From Cyanophora paradoxa CCMP329 (taxonomy: Eukaryota > Plantae > Glaucophyta): a stretch of 64,000 bases of DNA. Below the pieces are notes generated by a model. That model saw only the letters and a list, made by a program, of their open reading frames with translations, ran no database searches and was not told the DNA's origin. The stretch is from contig QPMI01000103.1 in NCBI GenBank assembly GCA_004431415.1, positions 1-64,000 on the forward strand, written 5' to 3'. The stretch's first letter is position 1; every line of letters starts with the position of its first letter. The position numbers were made by a program, and so were the translations under genes. This document shows, piece after piece, positions 12,375 to 25,058 of the stretch.

Positions 12375-12656
12375 TGTCGCCTGGCTCGATTCCCTGGCCT
12401 TGCGGTGACTTAGTGGCTAGAGCTAGTTGGTGCCTGACGTAGCCTGAGTGGCTTAGCATAGTCTCTCTTCCTGTAGGCTTACCTCTCGGTAGCCTACGCT
12501 GGCCTGCCTCTACCTGTCTTAGGGGTACGGAGTCAGTAGTCTTCCGGGTACACAGTGAATACACCAGCCTGCATCTACAGCTGCTCCAGCACTGGGAGCC
12601 GGCCCCGCGCAGTACTGCGCGGGTGCCCAATCGGGTGGGAATCCTACCATCCGACA
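12375..12656 (+). mobile_element. Lone LTR of a Ty3/Gypsy family related to the element at 37829-53313
   Basis: TGTCG…CGACA termini. It shares TGTCGC.TG.C.CGATTCCCT, CGGGTACAC..GTGAATA.ACCA and CGGGTGGGAATCCT..CATCCGACA, in the same order, with 53058-53313. There is no clean TSD. Confidence 0.75.
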
Positions 12657-13544
12657 GGCGCCACTGCTCACGGAACTGGGCCCGTGGGCAGCCTCCGACA
12701 GCATCAGCCCGCCATCTTCGGCGACCAGCAGCGATGCGCACGCATCGCTAGTAGCTCTAAAACATCGTTTCAGTGCCGATCGGCGACCCCCGCGCACCGG
12801 CGGGCCCGGATCGGCGTGCGATCGATACACACACAGCGATCAGCATCAGCGAGCCGCCAGGCTCTCCGTCAGCGCACCGGAAACGTAGAACTAGCTCTGG
12901 AGAACCGATAAATGCGGTCGGACGCGCCCTCCCGTCGCCCTCGCCGACGGACGCCGCAGATCTTGTCCAGATCCCCGAGGGACAACCTCGACGCCCATGC
13001 CCGTACGCGCGTCCCGCCGCGCCGCGCCGCGCGTACGGCCTCGCGCAGATGAAAGAAGACCCTTACGACGACCGGCGACTGGCGAGCCTCGCCCTGGACC
13101 GAGGCGTGCATGAGCATGGTCGATCGGCCGTGCTGGCTCTCGCTAGCCTTGCACTCCGAGCCCAGCGCTTCGCGCCGGAGTTCATCACGGCCTGTGCTGG
13201 CACAGCGCACGCGCACGGCTCCCGGGGTGCGCGCCTGGCCCTCGTCCTTGAGATTTGATCCGCTGGGGTCGGCAGATTTGATCCTGGCACTGGACGCGTA
13301 AGAGCTCGGACCTCGCCTGCGCATGCGCCGCGCGCGCGCGCCCCACTAAGCGCGGGCGGTCGCTGGCCACCTATAGAAGCCAGGCGAACCGCTCGCCCGC
13401 AGATCCTTCAGCGGATCTGGAGGAGACGTGGGGGCAGCCGCGTGGCTTAGCCTGGCGCCCACGGCCGCGGGCTGAGGTTCTGGCTCAGCGCGGTTACGAC
13501 GGCCAGAACTTAGTCCTGCGGAAGCCAGGCCCGCGCGCGAATAC

Positions 13545-13845
13545 CCGAGGGTGCTATTCCCGGTCGGATTCGTCGACGCCGCCTGCGCGAGCTGCCGTGC
13601 GAGCCCGAGGGTGCTATTCCCGGTCGGTCGCCAGTCACTCGCCGCGACGCCAGCCCTCTACGGCTGCTGCGATCGTGCTGGACAAGCTCGAGTGGACCGG
13701 ATTGAGAACTGAGGCCGCGCGCCCGAGTTCCTTCCGGGCGAGTGGACCGGATCGAGAACTGAGGCCGCGCGCCCGAGTTCCTTCCGGGCGAGTGGAAGAG
13801 CGATCGGATCGAGAACTGAGGCCTTGCGCCCGAGTTCCTTCCGGA
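13545..13845 (+). repeat. Short direct repeats (2 x ~24 bp; 3 x ~51 bp)
   Basis: CCCGAGGGTGCTATTCCCGGTCGG occurs twice. GAGAACTGAGGCC…GCGCCCGAGTTCCTTCCGG occurs three times. Confidence 0.8.
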
Positions 13846-14599
13846 ATCGCTGCGGCTCGAGCCTGCTCGCCGCCGGTGTGGACCACGACAGCGGAGCTCA
13901 ATCGAGGAGCATTCTCTGAAGGACTAGCGTGGCTTTACGCCGTCGCTTGACCTGAGAATGCCCTCAAGACCTGGAGCTCAAGTGGCCCGACTGCAGAGCG
14001 AACCCACCTGCTGCCTCGCAGGCAGGGCCCTCTTGCCCCGCCATGGCCAAGATCTCGAGCTTGAGAGCATTAGCCTTCCCTCGGCTGATGCTTCTCTCGA
14101 CCTCAACTCTTGACCCTGAGTGCCAGCACGCCGGCCATGCATATGGCCTCGGATCCGACGCAACGCCGCGGCGACGGTGATGCACTCGGCGCCAGTGGCA
14201 CAAACATCGAATGTTGACGCAAGGCTCAAGCTTGATTAAGCTGAAGGCCTAGCTATGAGACGTGGTCTCGAGCTCACATGCACTTCATGATCAAGAGCAT
14301 GAGACATGTCCATGACGCGATAGCGCGGTCCCCCGAGGCTCGAGCCCCGGCGCGGTGCCCTAGCTATTTGCTAGCCGTGACACCTCCCATCGCGAAGCAC
14401 CGCGGACGGTGCTAGCAAGAGGGGGGAGTGACGCCATGACCATGACGGCAAGCTGCATTTGCACGCAGCAGTACCGCGGCCACATGCGTATATATATATA
14501 TGCACAGTATGCATATGCATATGCAAGGTCACGAGCGTGTGCAATCGAGCCACTGATCATGCATATGCAAGATCACGAGCTTGAGCTGCAAAACCGAAT

Positions 14600-15180
14600 T
14601 AAAAGCGCCCCGCGCCGCCTCCCCCGGGAGCTCACCAAGCTCGCCGGCGCCGCCTCTGCCCGCCTCTTCCGGTGAAGCAGCCACTGCAAACGGGCGCGGG
14701 CCGCTGCTGAACGCTTCTTACCGACGGTGCCTGAGCCAGCCTCGCTGCCTCCCAAGCGACGAGAGCTGGGCCCGGCCCCCGCCGTTGAGGAGCACGAAAA
14801 TCCCTCAAACGAGGAGACCCCGGGCCCGACTCGGGCGCCCCAGCCGCCCTGCTGGAGAGCGCTCCCAGGCTCACGCCGAAGCAGACGCTCCGGGCAAGGC
14901 CGGCGACGAGCCGCCGCCTAGTGGGCCCGCTCCGCCGGACGCCCGTGACGCCGAAGGCTTTCCCCTCGAGCTCACGCTTGCCGAGAAAGTCCCCAAGCGC
15001 TCAGGGGTTCGCCAAGCCGCAGGCCCTGCACCCCGACGCGTTCTTCCTCTGCGGCCCCGCCCTGAGGCGGCGCGGCAGCCCCGGACGAGTACAACACGCG
15101 CCACTGGCGCTCGCCGGTCAATCCCGAGGACCGGCTGACTCCCGATCCGCATCGGGTAGAAGCCGGAGTTCCGGGGTCTG
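14600..15180 (+). pseudogene. Decayed, frameshifted Gypsy pol fragment (RNase H-integrase spacer region)
   Basis: The peptides APRRLPRELTKLA, DAEGFPL..LAEKVPKRS and DEYNTRHWR match 49830-50440 of the Gypsy pol. Confidence 0.85.
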
Positions 15181-16392
15181 CCAGGCCTAGGCCAGCCGGG
15201 CCTACGCATGACCGGCGAACCCCATCGCGATTGCGACTGCCAGCCTCGGAGCTGCCAGGCTGCTCGACTGCAGTCGCGATCGAGAGCCAGGCTGGGCGTT
15301 TGAGTTCTGCAGCAAGCTCCTTCGTTGAATTCGGGGCCTTGACTGCGAAATTGGGAAATTTACCCCGCATGAGCTCGAGCTTGGAGCTCGGATCAGGGCT
15401 GCCGGGCCTCGCAACCGGCCCCTCAGGGCCTAGGCCTGTCCGACGATCTTCCCGCAGCACTGCGTGCTGCATTCGGGAGCGCCGGTCGGCATCCTGAGGC
15501 CTTGATGCTCGAAGTCGAGCCGCCCCCCCGACCAGGCCTGGATCTCGAGGCCCGGCCTGCACTTCTGCCCGTCTGAGGCCCGCTGAGAGCGGCGCGTTTC
15601 ACGCACAGCCGGCCCATGCGGCTGGCTACCTGGCTACCTAGCCTGGGCCCCGTGGTCCACGAGTTCGAGCCTAGGCCTAGCGCTAGCGCCCGGCCAGCGC
15701 CGACCGTGGACGGCGATACAAACTGCGGATTCGAGCTCGAGAGGCGAGCTCCGACCTGCGACGCGAACCGTAATCACGAGCCCCAGGCTTGAGAGGGACC
15801 CGAGTTGCTGAGGCTCTCTGCCTACAGCTGTCGCGAAATGCGCAAGCCGCCCCGCAGCCGGGCCTGGCGCGCGGCGCACCTCTCACTGCGAGCCAGCACC
15901 TGGCCTGGCCTGGCCTGCTCAAAGCAAGCTCTCAACTCCCGAAGCCCGGATCCCGAGACTCTCCGATCCGGACTGGAAGCTGTCAGGCCTAGATCCGGAT
16001 CCGCCGGGCCCGACCCCGAAGCTCACGCTTGCTGTTCAGGCGAGACGTCGACGCTCCGGGCCCCGGTTGACTTAGCCTTGGAGCAATCGCAAGCCGCCAC
16101 TGTGCCAGCTCGAACGCCCGGCGGCCCGCCCAGCGCGGCGCCCCGCGATCGAGCTCGAGCTCGCTTCCGAGCCCTGGATCCGGTTATAGGTCGATTTCGG
16201 CCCTCATGATCAGGGCCTGCTGGCACTGCGAACTTCGGAATTCGGCTCCCGCCGTTGCCGCCGCGTGCACGCAGACGGAGCTCATGATCAGCCGCGAGCT
16301 GAGGGCCGGAAGTCACGTGCATGAGCACGTCCACCACGTGCACGGCTCAGAGCTGCCCAGCCTCCACGGCCCCGCGGCTGCTGAGCCCCAGG

Positions 16393-19300
16393 TATCCTCC
16401 CGCATAATTTCAAAACCTTTCTTAGAACGTAGAACCGTTCTATAGAACGTTCTATGGTTTTTGTTTGTTTTGAACTTTTAGAATGGTTTTGAACGTATAC
16501 GTAGAGCGTGGAAGCTTGTCGTAGAACGCGTAGAACGTTCTACGGTTCTCCGCCGAACGCGCCTACGGCCTGGCGGCGTTCTAGCTCCCTTCGCGCTCGC
16601 AAGCGGCCGCCGGCCCGGCGCCGGGGCGCCTGCCAACGCTTGCCAACTCTAGCAGTACTGGCTCGCTAGCCACGGGGGCCAGATCCGCAGCTCGCGGCAT
16701 CTGCGGACGCTAGCAGCGTGCAGCCGCATCGTTAGCAGCTCGTTTGGCGTCGAGCTCGCCGAGTCGCGCCCGATTCCGTCCCCGCGGAGCGCGGTACTCC
16801 CTCGCTCGGCAGCTCCCCGCTGTGAAGGCCCGGGGGTCGCGCGGTGCGTCTTTCCCGTGCTAGGAGGGCTCCTGCTCCGTCTCCTGGCTCACGCGGCGCA
16901 CAGGAACGGGTCGGGAGGCTCCGCGGCGAGTCGACGGGATGCGCGGCTCGTTGACCGCTGCGCTCGCGCCCCCGAGGCACAGTTTTGACTCCCGCAGTTC
17001 GTGAGCGTGATGCGAGCGATGCGTGTGCAGCTCCAGAGCGTCCGTGGCCGCTTCTGGGCTGATCCGCTCCGAACCCTGCAGCTGACCGGCTGTCCCCTTC
17101 CCGCGCAGCGCTTTCGGACCTGTGGAGCATCGACCTGGTCACGCTGATGCACATGTAGACGAAGCAATCGCAGCTTCAGCGCTTCCGCCGCCGCGTTCGG
17201 ACCGATCGGTCCGGTCGAGCCGGCCGAGCCGCGCTTCGGGGCCGGCGGTACGCGTTTGCAGTGCTCACGTTGTGCAATTGCAGCCCCGATCGCTGGATCT
17301 TCCGCACGCCGCCTCCGATTCGGCGGCGGTGGTGGGTGTGGGGCGTGCGCATGCCCAGCGCGTGGCTTACCAGGCGGGGCGATGGCGTGGCGGATGACAG
17401 CGGGCGAAAGCGATGGCATGTCGTGCTCTATAGCGTTCGTCTCCACCTTTGCGCTGATCCCCTCCAACCCCCGCCGGGTGAGGTGCGCCGCCCATGCAGC
17501 TCATGGGTCTGCGGCGCGTCCTTGGCTCACATTTATGCAGGCAACTCAAGCGCAGACCGAGCTGGCGCTGGGCGGCACTTCCCGCAGCCGCTGGCTTCGG
17601 TCGCTGGGGGCGGGCCGCGGGCGGACTCTGGCGCCGCGGTCTCTTCTGGCGCCGCGGCCTCTGCTGGCGACGCGTGCGCTCAGCGGCCGAAGGTGCGACG
17701 GTGCGGCGAGGGGACGGGGCGCCGCGCCGTCGCCCTCCGAGCTCCGCCCCGGCCCGCTCGACCCGGCCCGCTCGCCGGTCCGGCTCCTCCTGCGGGGCGA
17801 CGGCTGCGCCGGCCGTAGCGGCAAGGCGGGGCACTGCGCCGGCGCCCGAGCTCGCAGCTCCGCGCCCCGCCCCGCCTGCCCCTCCCCCGCCGGCACGGCC
17901 GCCCGACCCCATCCGCCCGCCGCCACCCCTCCGTCGCTTAGCAGTGCACGTTAAACCTACAGCTACGATTTCGATGTGACAGATTTTTTTAATTTTCACG
18001 TCTACATTATCGCCCGTCGCCCCCCGAGCCCCGCCGTCGCCCGCCGAGCCCCGCCGCCGCCCGCCGATCCTCCGCCGCCGCGCGCCGAGCCCCGTCGCCA
18101 CCCGCCGAGCCTGCACCCCGCCCCGCGAGCGCCGCCGCCGCCCGCCGAGCCTCCGCCCCGTCCGCCGAGGCGGACGTGGCCACGGGTAGGGTGCCCCCAG
18201 TGGCCGGCTCGGCTGCACGCTCGGCCGCGACTCGGCAGCGGGGGCAGGTCGGGCTTACCCCATGGCCAGTGGGCCTGGGCGGGCGGGCAAGGCGGCGGGC
18301 GAGGCGGCGGGCGGTGCGGCCTGCGCGGACATACACGCACCTTCCTTCCTGCGCTCGGGCGTGCGAATAGAAGCCTGGCGGCCGGTAGGCACGTTGAGTT
18401 TCTATCTAAGACGCTATTAAATGACTCGAATCCGTCGGCAATTGAGCTAGAGAGGCACGGACGGACTTGACATCGGATCTCAAAATTGATCTCACCCGCT
18501 GCAACGCCCGCGGCCCGGGCGACGTGAGCTTCAACATGAATGTTTGATTGGAGTTAGATTAGCAATACACTGCAAGCGGTGCCGCCGCCCGCCCCGCCTA
18601 CGCCCCGGCCCGCGAGCCCCGCCGCCACCCGCCGAGCCTGCACCCCGCCCGCCGAGCCCCGCCGCCGCCAGTGGAGCCTCGCGGCGCCCCGCGAGCCCCG
18701 CCGTCGCCCGCCGAGCCCCGCCGCCGCGCGCCGAGATTCCGCCGCCGCCCTGCGAGCCCGCCGCCGCCCGCCGATCCTCCGCCGCCGCCCTGCGAGCCCC
18801 GCCCCCGCCCGCCGATCCTCCGCCGCCGCGCGCCGAGCCCCGCCGCCACCCGCCGAGCCTGCACCCCGCCCCGCGAGCGCCGCCGCCGCCAGTGGAGCCT
18901 CCGCCCCGCCCGCGAGCGCCGCCGCCGCCCGCCGAGACTCCGCCCCGTCCGCCGAGGCGGACGTGGCCACGGGTAGGGTGGCCGGCTCGGCTGCACGCTC
19001 GGCCGCGACTCGGCAGCGGGGGCAGGTCGGGCTTACCCCATGGCCAGTGGGCCTGCGCGGGCGGGCGGGGCGGCGGGCGAGGCGGCGGGCGGTGCGGCCT
19101 GCGCGGACATACCCGCACACGCGGGCATCTCGGTTTCTGCGTGCGCAGTTAGAGAAGCAGCACGCCGCCAAGCGGGGGAGGCAGGGCAGTACTCGGAGGC
19201 ATGAGCGCCGCGGGCAATGAGCAGCCGCGGGCTCGGCGAGCGCCCGCCCGATCTGCGCAACGCGTGAGACGTGCGATCGCGTACTTTTGGCGCAGCAGCC

Positions 19301-19969
19301 CTGCCCGGCAGGCGCACCGAAGACGAGAGCCAAGCGAATCAGGACGGGTTGGCGCCAAGGCCGCGGCGGCGGATGCCCCGGAGCTGAGCGTGCGTCGCCT
19401 GCATCAGCGCAGACACTCCGATGCCCCGCAGGCCCGAAACCCGTGGTCCCGTGCTCGAGAGGCGCACCCGCGAACGCCGCCGATCCAGCGGCCGGGCCAA
19501 GTCGGCGCGAAGGCGGTTGCGGACGCTCTACGGCTTCTTAGCCGTCGCCTGCAGCGCCAGCGCCTTCAGCAAGCCGACTGCGGGCTCGAGAGATGCGTCG
19601 TGAGGCACGAGCGCAGCGGCCAGCGGCGGGCAGCGAGCCGCATGAGCCGCCCGCTCAGCCGCGGGCGTCAGCGAGCACTTCCTGCGCTTCTGAGTGAGCC
19701 GCAACACATGCGGAAAGCCTGCGAGCTCCGAGCAAGGGAGCGACGCACCGCGTGGCTGGCCTCAGCTCCTAGGCTAGCCAGTACTAGTGCCGTAGAACGT
19801 GCAGGCGTTTTGAAGCATTTCTGCGCTTTTGAAAAGCGTGGAACGCGCGCGGGTTCTCTGGAACCTGTTCTACGTTCTACCCCGTTCTACGTGTTCTAAG
19901 GGGAGTTCTACGTGTTCTATAGAACGGTTCTACGTTCTAAGAAAGGTTTTGAAATTATGCGGGAGGATA
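16393..19969. mobile_element. Non-autonomous TIR DNA transposon, TATCC...GGATA ends, 6-bp TSD CCCAGG
   Basis: Perfect 56-bp TIRs (16393-16448 / 19914-19969). CCCAGG occurs at 16387-16392 and 19970-19975. Subterminal TAGAAC/GTTCTA arrays are present and no transposase is visible. Confidence 0.9.
18020..19120 (+). repeat. GC-rich minisatellite with an internal ~300-bp duplication
   Basis: ~18050-18340 recurs at ~18800-19120. CGCCGCCGCCCGCCGAGCC-type sub-repeats are present. Confidence 0.85.
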
Positions 19970-22900
19970 CCCAGGCCTGCGATCAGACCTGCGACTGGCA
20001 GTGCCAAGCCTCGCCAGGCACAAATTCGATGCCGTCGCGGCGTTTCGGTCTCGGCCGCCGACACCCGCCGGTCCTGGTCTCGGCCGCCGGGCCCCATCGA
20101 ATTACGATCAGCAACTCGCCCTCGCGGTTGCCCTCGCCTTCACGGTTAGGGATCGCGGTCGCCGAGCTGCCGTTCGCATCGCCAAACTGCCGTTCGAGGT
20201 GGCCCGGCCCCGGCCACGCTTGCGACCCCACGGTCAGAGGCGCGATTGCGAAAATGTGCAGCACGCCCGGACCCAGTGCGCTTGTCACAGCACACCGCGG
20301 CACGATCCGCGGCGCAGCTGTGACAGTCTGCACGATCGGGATCCGGATGCCGATCCTTAAATCGAACCCCACAGGCCTCGGCCCTGTATCTCGCGCCGCT
20401 ACGAGCCTCCAGAGGCCTGAGAGCAGCGTCTCTCGCGCCGCTGCGAGCAAGGAGCGCTGCAAAGCCGGGTCACGGCTATGCCCTACGCCGACCGATCGCA
20501 AAATCGCGGGCCTTGAATTCGAACTTCGAATTCCGAAGTTCCCACCCGGCCTCGGCCTCCGACCCGTGAACGTGGGATCGCCCTCGGCTCGAGATCGAAG
20601 CTGGTCACGTGTACGTAAACGCTTACGACAGCGCCGTGCACGCGGCACGGCGCCGGCCCGCTGTCGACGTCGACGTCGCGACCGCCTGCCTCGTGACCTC
20701 GAACTCGAGCCTCGGAGCCGCTGAGCCCGTTGAGTCTCGCCCTCTCTCAGAGGCGGAGGCACCCGGCCCGGCCCCAGGCATCATGGCATATTGGCTCTGC
20801 CCCCCCACCGTGGCACCCGCACCGCGGCGGCTGGTGGGCGCAGATCGTGATCGCACGGCCATGCGAACGCCTGTAAATATTCAAGCCCCGCAGTCCACGG
20901 CCAGCTTGCCGCTGAGCCCTGGAAGTCCTCTGCAGCTACCCGCAGTAGTAGCTGCGGTCCCTGGCCTCGAATCCAGAGGACGGGCTTAGCCCGCGATCGG
21001 CGCTTGCAATTGCCTGCGAACAGCTGGCGGCTGCGTCCCGGGGGCCCTGCCCTCAGCCCGGCAGGGCCCGGAGCTGACAGCGGCACCCGCGCCCCGCGCC
21101 GAAGCGTCCAATGCGCCTGGCGCCCCGATGCGCGGGCGCCTCGCGATCGCCGACATCGTGCCACGGTGGTCTCGTTGCCCACCGTGGAACGGTTCAATTA
21201 AGCCAATTCCGAGCCCGGCCAGTGAACGAGCCTCGGAGCTCGGGCACTGCGCTTCGAAGTCGTCTCGAGCCGCCTTTGGCCAAGGCGAGCTCGAGCTCAC
21301 GATCAAAGTTACGCTAGCTCGCTCGGATTTAGACCCAGAGCCCGCTGCACGCGCTCCAGCCCGCCTGTGGCTGCCGTGCACGTGCCTGGCCATGCATATG
21401 GGGTCCGATGACCCGCGAGAATCCGATAATCGAGATCCGTCAATTTGCAATCCGTTGCCCCGATTCAGGGTGCCGGCCTGCGAATTTGGATCGCAAGGAA
21501 CGACTATCCGATGATCGCGAGCCTCGCGATCGGATTTGGAGCAGCTGCGATCGCAGGCGGCCCTCAGCCCTTTTTGAGGTCTGAGGTTGCCCGGGCTCGC
21601 AGCTCAGGCTCCCTTCTGCCATATCTAGACCGTCCGACGGTCCCCACCGCCGGGCTGGCACTGCGGAAGCCGTGCCCGTTCGATATCGCGAAAATCCGAT
21701 AATCGGGACCGGACTCAAAGATTCGCCATCGAACATTCCGAGCCTCGGAGTGCCCGGCCAGCCCGTATCTGACGGACGGCCCGTCACATTTGAACCCGCG
21801 CAATTGCGAGCCCGAGCTCGGAGCAGTCGCACTTTCAGGCGACCTCGGCCCTAGGGCCTTGCCTGGCTCGTCCCCTCGCGAGCCCCTCGCCCAAGGGCCC
21901 TCTCGTAGGCGCCTACGGCGACCCGCATCGGAATTCCAGCCCCGGCGCACCGGGCCGCACCGGCCTGCCCTGCGAAAACCGGCACGGCCACAAGCCCAGC
22001 GAAATTCGCGGCGAGCCTAGGCACCGCGAATATCCGCGTCGCGAATCCACAATCACGCTCGATCGCTGGACGTCGCAAAGCTGTGAATTAGGGCCTCTCC
22101 CCTACGAGAACGCGGATTGTGGCCCCCGGCCCAAACGCGAATCGATATCGAAGCTCGCAACGGGCTCGACTCGTCCTCCCGAGTCCCAGGGAGACCGAGG
22201 CCAATTGCGAGCGTCAAGCTAGCGACTGGAATCGAATGTCGGGCTCCCACGCGTGGGCCAGCGCTACAACGTACAGCGGGCCCCAGAGCCGCTTGTCGAG
22301 CCGCGCACGACTCTTTGCACGTGCAATCGCGTGGCTGCGGACGCGGACACCGATCGCGAGCGCCACGAATATTCAAGCCGCAGCCACCATGGCCAGCGGG
22401 AATTAAGGCTGCAACCGTTAAACAAAACTAAACGGCTAGCCCTACCTTGCATAAACCGCGTGCACATGCACGTGTGTGTTGCAGGCGCGGGTCTCAGCCC
22501 CGGCCAGGCCCACAGCATATGCATCGATATCGCGACCGGATATCGGATGCAGCCGCTGAGCAGCCGCGCTGAGCGCCGCGAAAAATTCGAAGCCCGAGCA
22601 CTGATGCGGTAGCTTTCTCAAAGAGGCTGCGCACACGGCCCCGTGGCCCCGGACCGACTCGCGAAACGACGTCGACTCGCGATCGTGAACGGACGATCGG
22701 CTGCGCTGAACAGCGCCCGGCTCTCTCTGCCGACGCCGGCACGCCGCTCGGCGAGCGCTGATGAGGCGCTGTAATGGAGCGCCGTGCTACAGAGCGCCGA
22801 TCCAGCTATCGAATGTACGGTCGCGATTTGCAGCGGCATACATTCGCGCGAGCACTCCGAGAACGGCGCTGGCAATGCCAGCCCGCCAAGGGCAGCGCTA

Positions 22901-24699
22901 GCTCAAAAAGAGCATTGCCGCCGCCCTGAGCCGGAACCTGTGCACCACTTCGCCAAACCCGGCGATGCTGCAGCTGGTGCTGGCTGCAGGCATTTTTCGC
23001 ACCGTAGCGCAGCCTTCAGGGCTCGCAGCCCGGCCCGCGAAATTTACACGCGACGGCACGGCGGCAGGCCCAGGCCTCGGCACGGCCGCTCGCCGCCAAG
23101 CCTGCGCACGCGGCCTTCAGCCCAACCCCGCCTTGCGGCATGTTCATGCCTCGACCTCCCGCTAAAACGCGGTGGGAGAGAGGATGAGGCAGGGAAGACT
23201 GCATGAGCTGCAGAAATCGTAATTCGCTACCGAGCGAAGCGAACCTGTCGACCGCACTGCGGCACCCAAATTCGAAAGCATCGCAATTCGAATTCGGAAT
23301 TCAATGATTCGGGACCGTGGGCGCGGCGCCGGATCCGATGATCCCCAGCCCGTTCTCGATCTGCGGGCAGCGAGCCCTAGTGGCTGGCCCGTGCGCAAGC
23401 CACGCGTACGGTATCCAATTTTCGGACCGCCGTTCCCGCCTAGCTGGTGGAATCTGCCGGCTTCACACTCCGGAACACCCGCCACGGCCAACGAGAGACA
23501 GCGAGCAAAAGCCGCTGAGCTTCATCGTCTGCTCTCTCAAAAGCCGCCACGGCCCACTGCGAGACAGCGAGCAAGAGCTCTATCGTCAGTCCTCTCGAGA
23601 GCACCGGGGCCCGGCCCCGGTCCGCTAAGGGAACGCTTGCGATCGTGCATGATATCGTCAGCACGATATTGACGCTCGTATGCACGAGCACGGCTCCTGC
23701 AACCGGCCGCTACCGGTCCCGCTCCTGCAGCTGGGAACCAATCGCGTCGGTTGCACGCCGCGGCGCCCACCTGCCGATCCCTGTGGTGCTGCTACACTAC
23801 GTACGGCGGCTGGCGCCCAGCCATCAATACCACGGCATGCGCAGCCGCGCCCTGCACACGCACTTGTGCCCGACGGCCGCAGTGCACGCCCGTGGCCGGC
23901 TGCCGCGGTGGCGAGGCCGTCACGGCGCACGCCAGCGGACGTGAGGGCGCCCGCGTGCACAATCTCCGCGCCGGACGTTTCTCGGGCCCTCTAGATCTGT
24001 GCATGCGAATCACTTCGCGTCGCCACGAAAATTTTGCAGCACTAGAGTGCGGCAATTGCGCGCCCATGCGTGCGTGGCCATGTCCAGTGGCCCGGCCCTT
24101 GCACGGCCCTTCGGCCAAGCATATGCATCATCCTCAGCCTCAGACCAGCCGCTGAGCCTGGTTCTGACGCTTACTAAAGCGGTCACGGCTCTTGCGACTC
24201 GTTGAGTCCGACGGTCGACCTCGATCTCGCGATTCCGCCCCGGCCCGACGCCGCGCGCGGCTCGCGATCGGGACCGAGATGCAGGCTACGCGGCCCAGCT
24301 CGCGCCCCGATGGCGAAAGTCATCGATTTCGCGCCCCGGCCCTCGCTGGCGACCCGGGCTCTTGTCCCCGGCAACGGCGTGGATTCTCTCAAATTCTGCC
24401 CCGCGACGTCGACACGGACGTTCGCGCATACCAAGTCACACGGGCCCAGCTGCATGCAGCTAGCGCTCCTGCGGGCGAACGAGTTCGACGCAGCTGTCGA
24501 ATTCGTATTCGCGATGGGCGGTGGCGACCCGGGATCTTATTCCCGGCAGTGGCGCGCCCACCGTCACCAGCTTCATTACTGAAGCCGCTCACATAATCTC
24601 GGTGCTGGCGCCCCGGCGCCTGGCCTAAAACCGCACAAAGCGGCAACACGGGCCTACAGACACGAGCATACACAGCCGAGTATCCCGGGACTTTTGTGC

Positions 24700-24911
24700 C
24701 ACCGAGTCATTGACTCGAAACCCGAGTCATTGACTCGAAAAATGACTCGAACCCGAGTCATTGACTCGAAACCCGAGTCACTCCGGAAATGACTCGAAAT
24801 CCGAGTCAGCCCGAGTCAGCCCGAGTCACTCCGGGTCACTCCGGGTCGGTGAAAATTTGTTCGAGTCAGCCCGAGTCAGCCCGGGTCAGCCCGAGTCACT
24901 CCGAGTCACTC
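24700..24911 (+). repeat. Subterminal CCGAGTCA iteron array (left arm)
   Basis: Three CGAGTCA-T-TGACTCG palindromes are followed by 10-bp-periodic CCGAGTCAGC/CCGAGTCACT units. The array is mirrored at ~37598-37807. Confidence 0.9.
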
Positions 24912-25058
24912 TTTTTTTTTTTTTAAAGATCTACGGCGGGCGTACCCACTCGTAGTACACAACGAGGATACAAGTCACGGTATCAGGAATCACGGGGATT
25001 CGAAGTACAACGAAGCGGAAACAGTAGGAACCGAACCCGGAAATCCGGGAGGTCGTAG
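24912..25058 (-). mobile_element. 147-bp poly(A)-tailed retroposon (SINE-like or 5'-truncated LINE end)
   Basis: T13 at 24912-24924 (A13 on the minus strand). 15-bp TSD CACTCCGAGTCACTC at 24897-24911 and 25059-25073. The mirrored site in the right arm is empty. Confidence 0.88.

Noticed and set aside
16393-19969. Tc1/mariner MITE with TA TSD
   Set aside because: An exact 6-bp duplication lies outside the TA, so the TA is more likely part of the TIR. This reading is not fully excluded.
24925-25058. Hammerhead/HDV ribozyme or tRNA-derived head in the small retroposon
   Set aside because: No CTGANGA/GAAA core, nested pseudoknot or A/B boxes were identifiable by eye.
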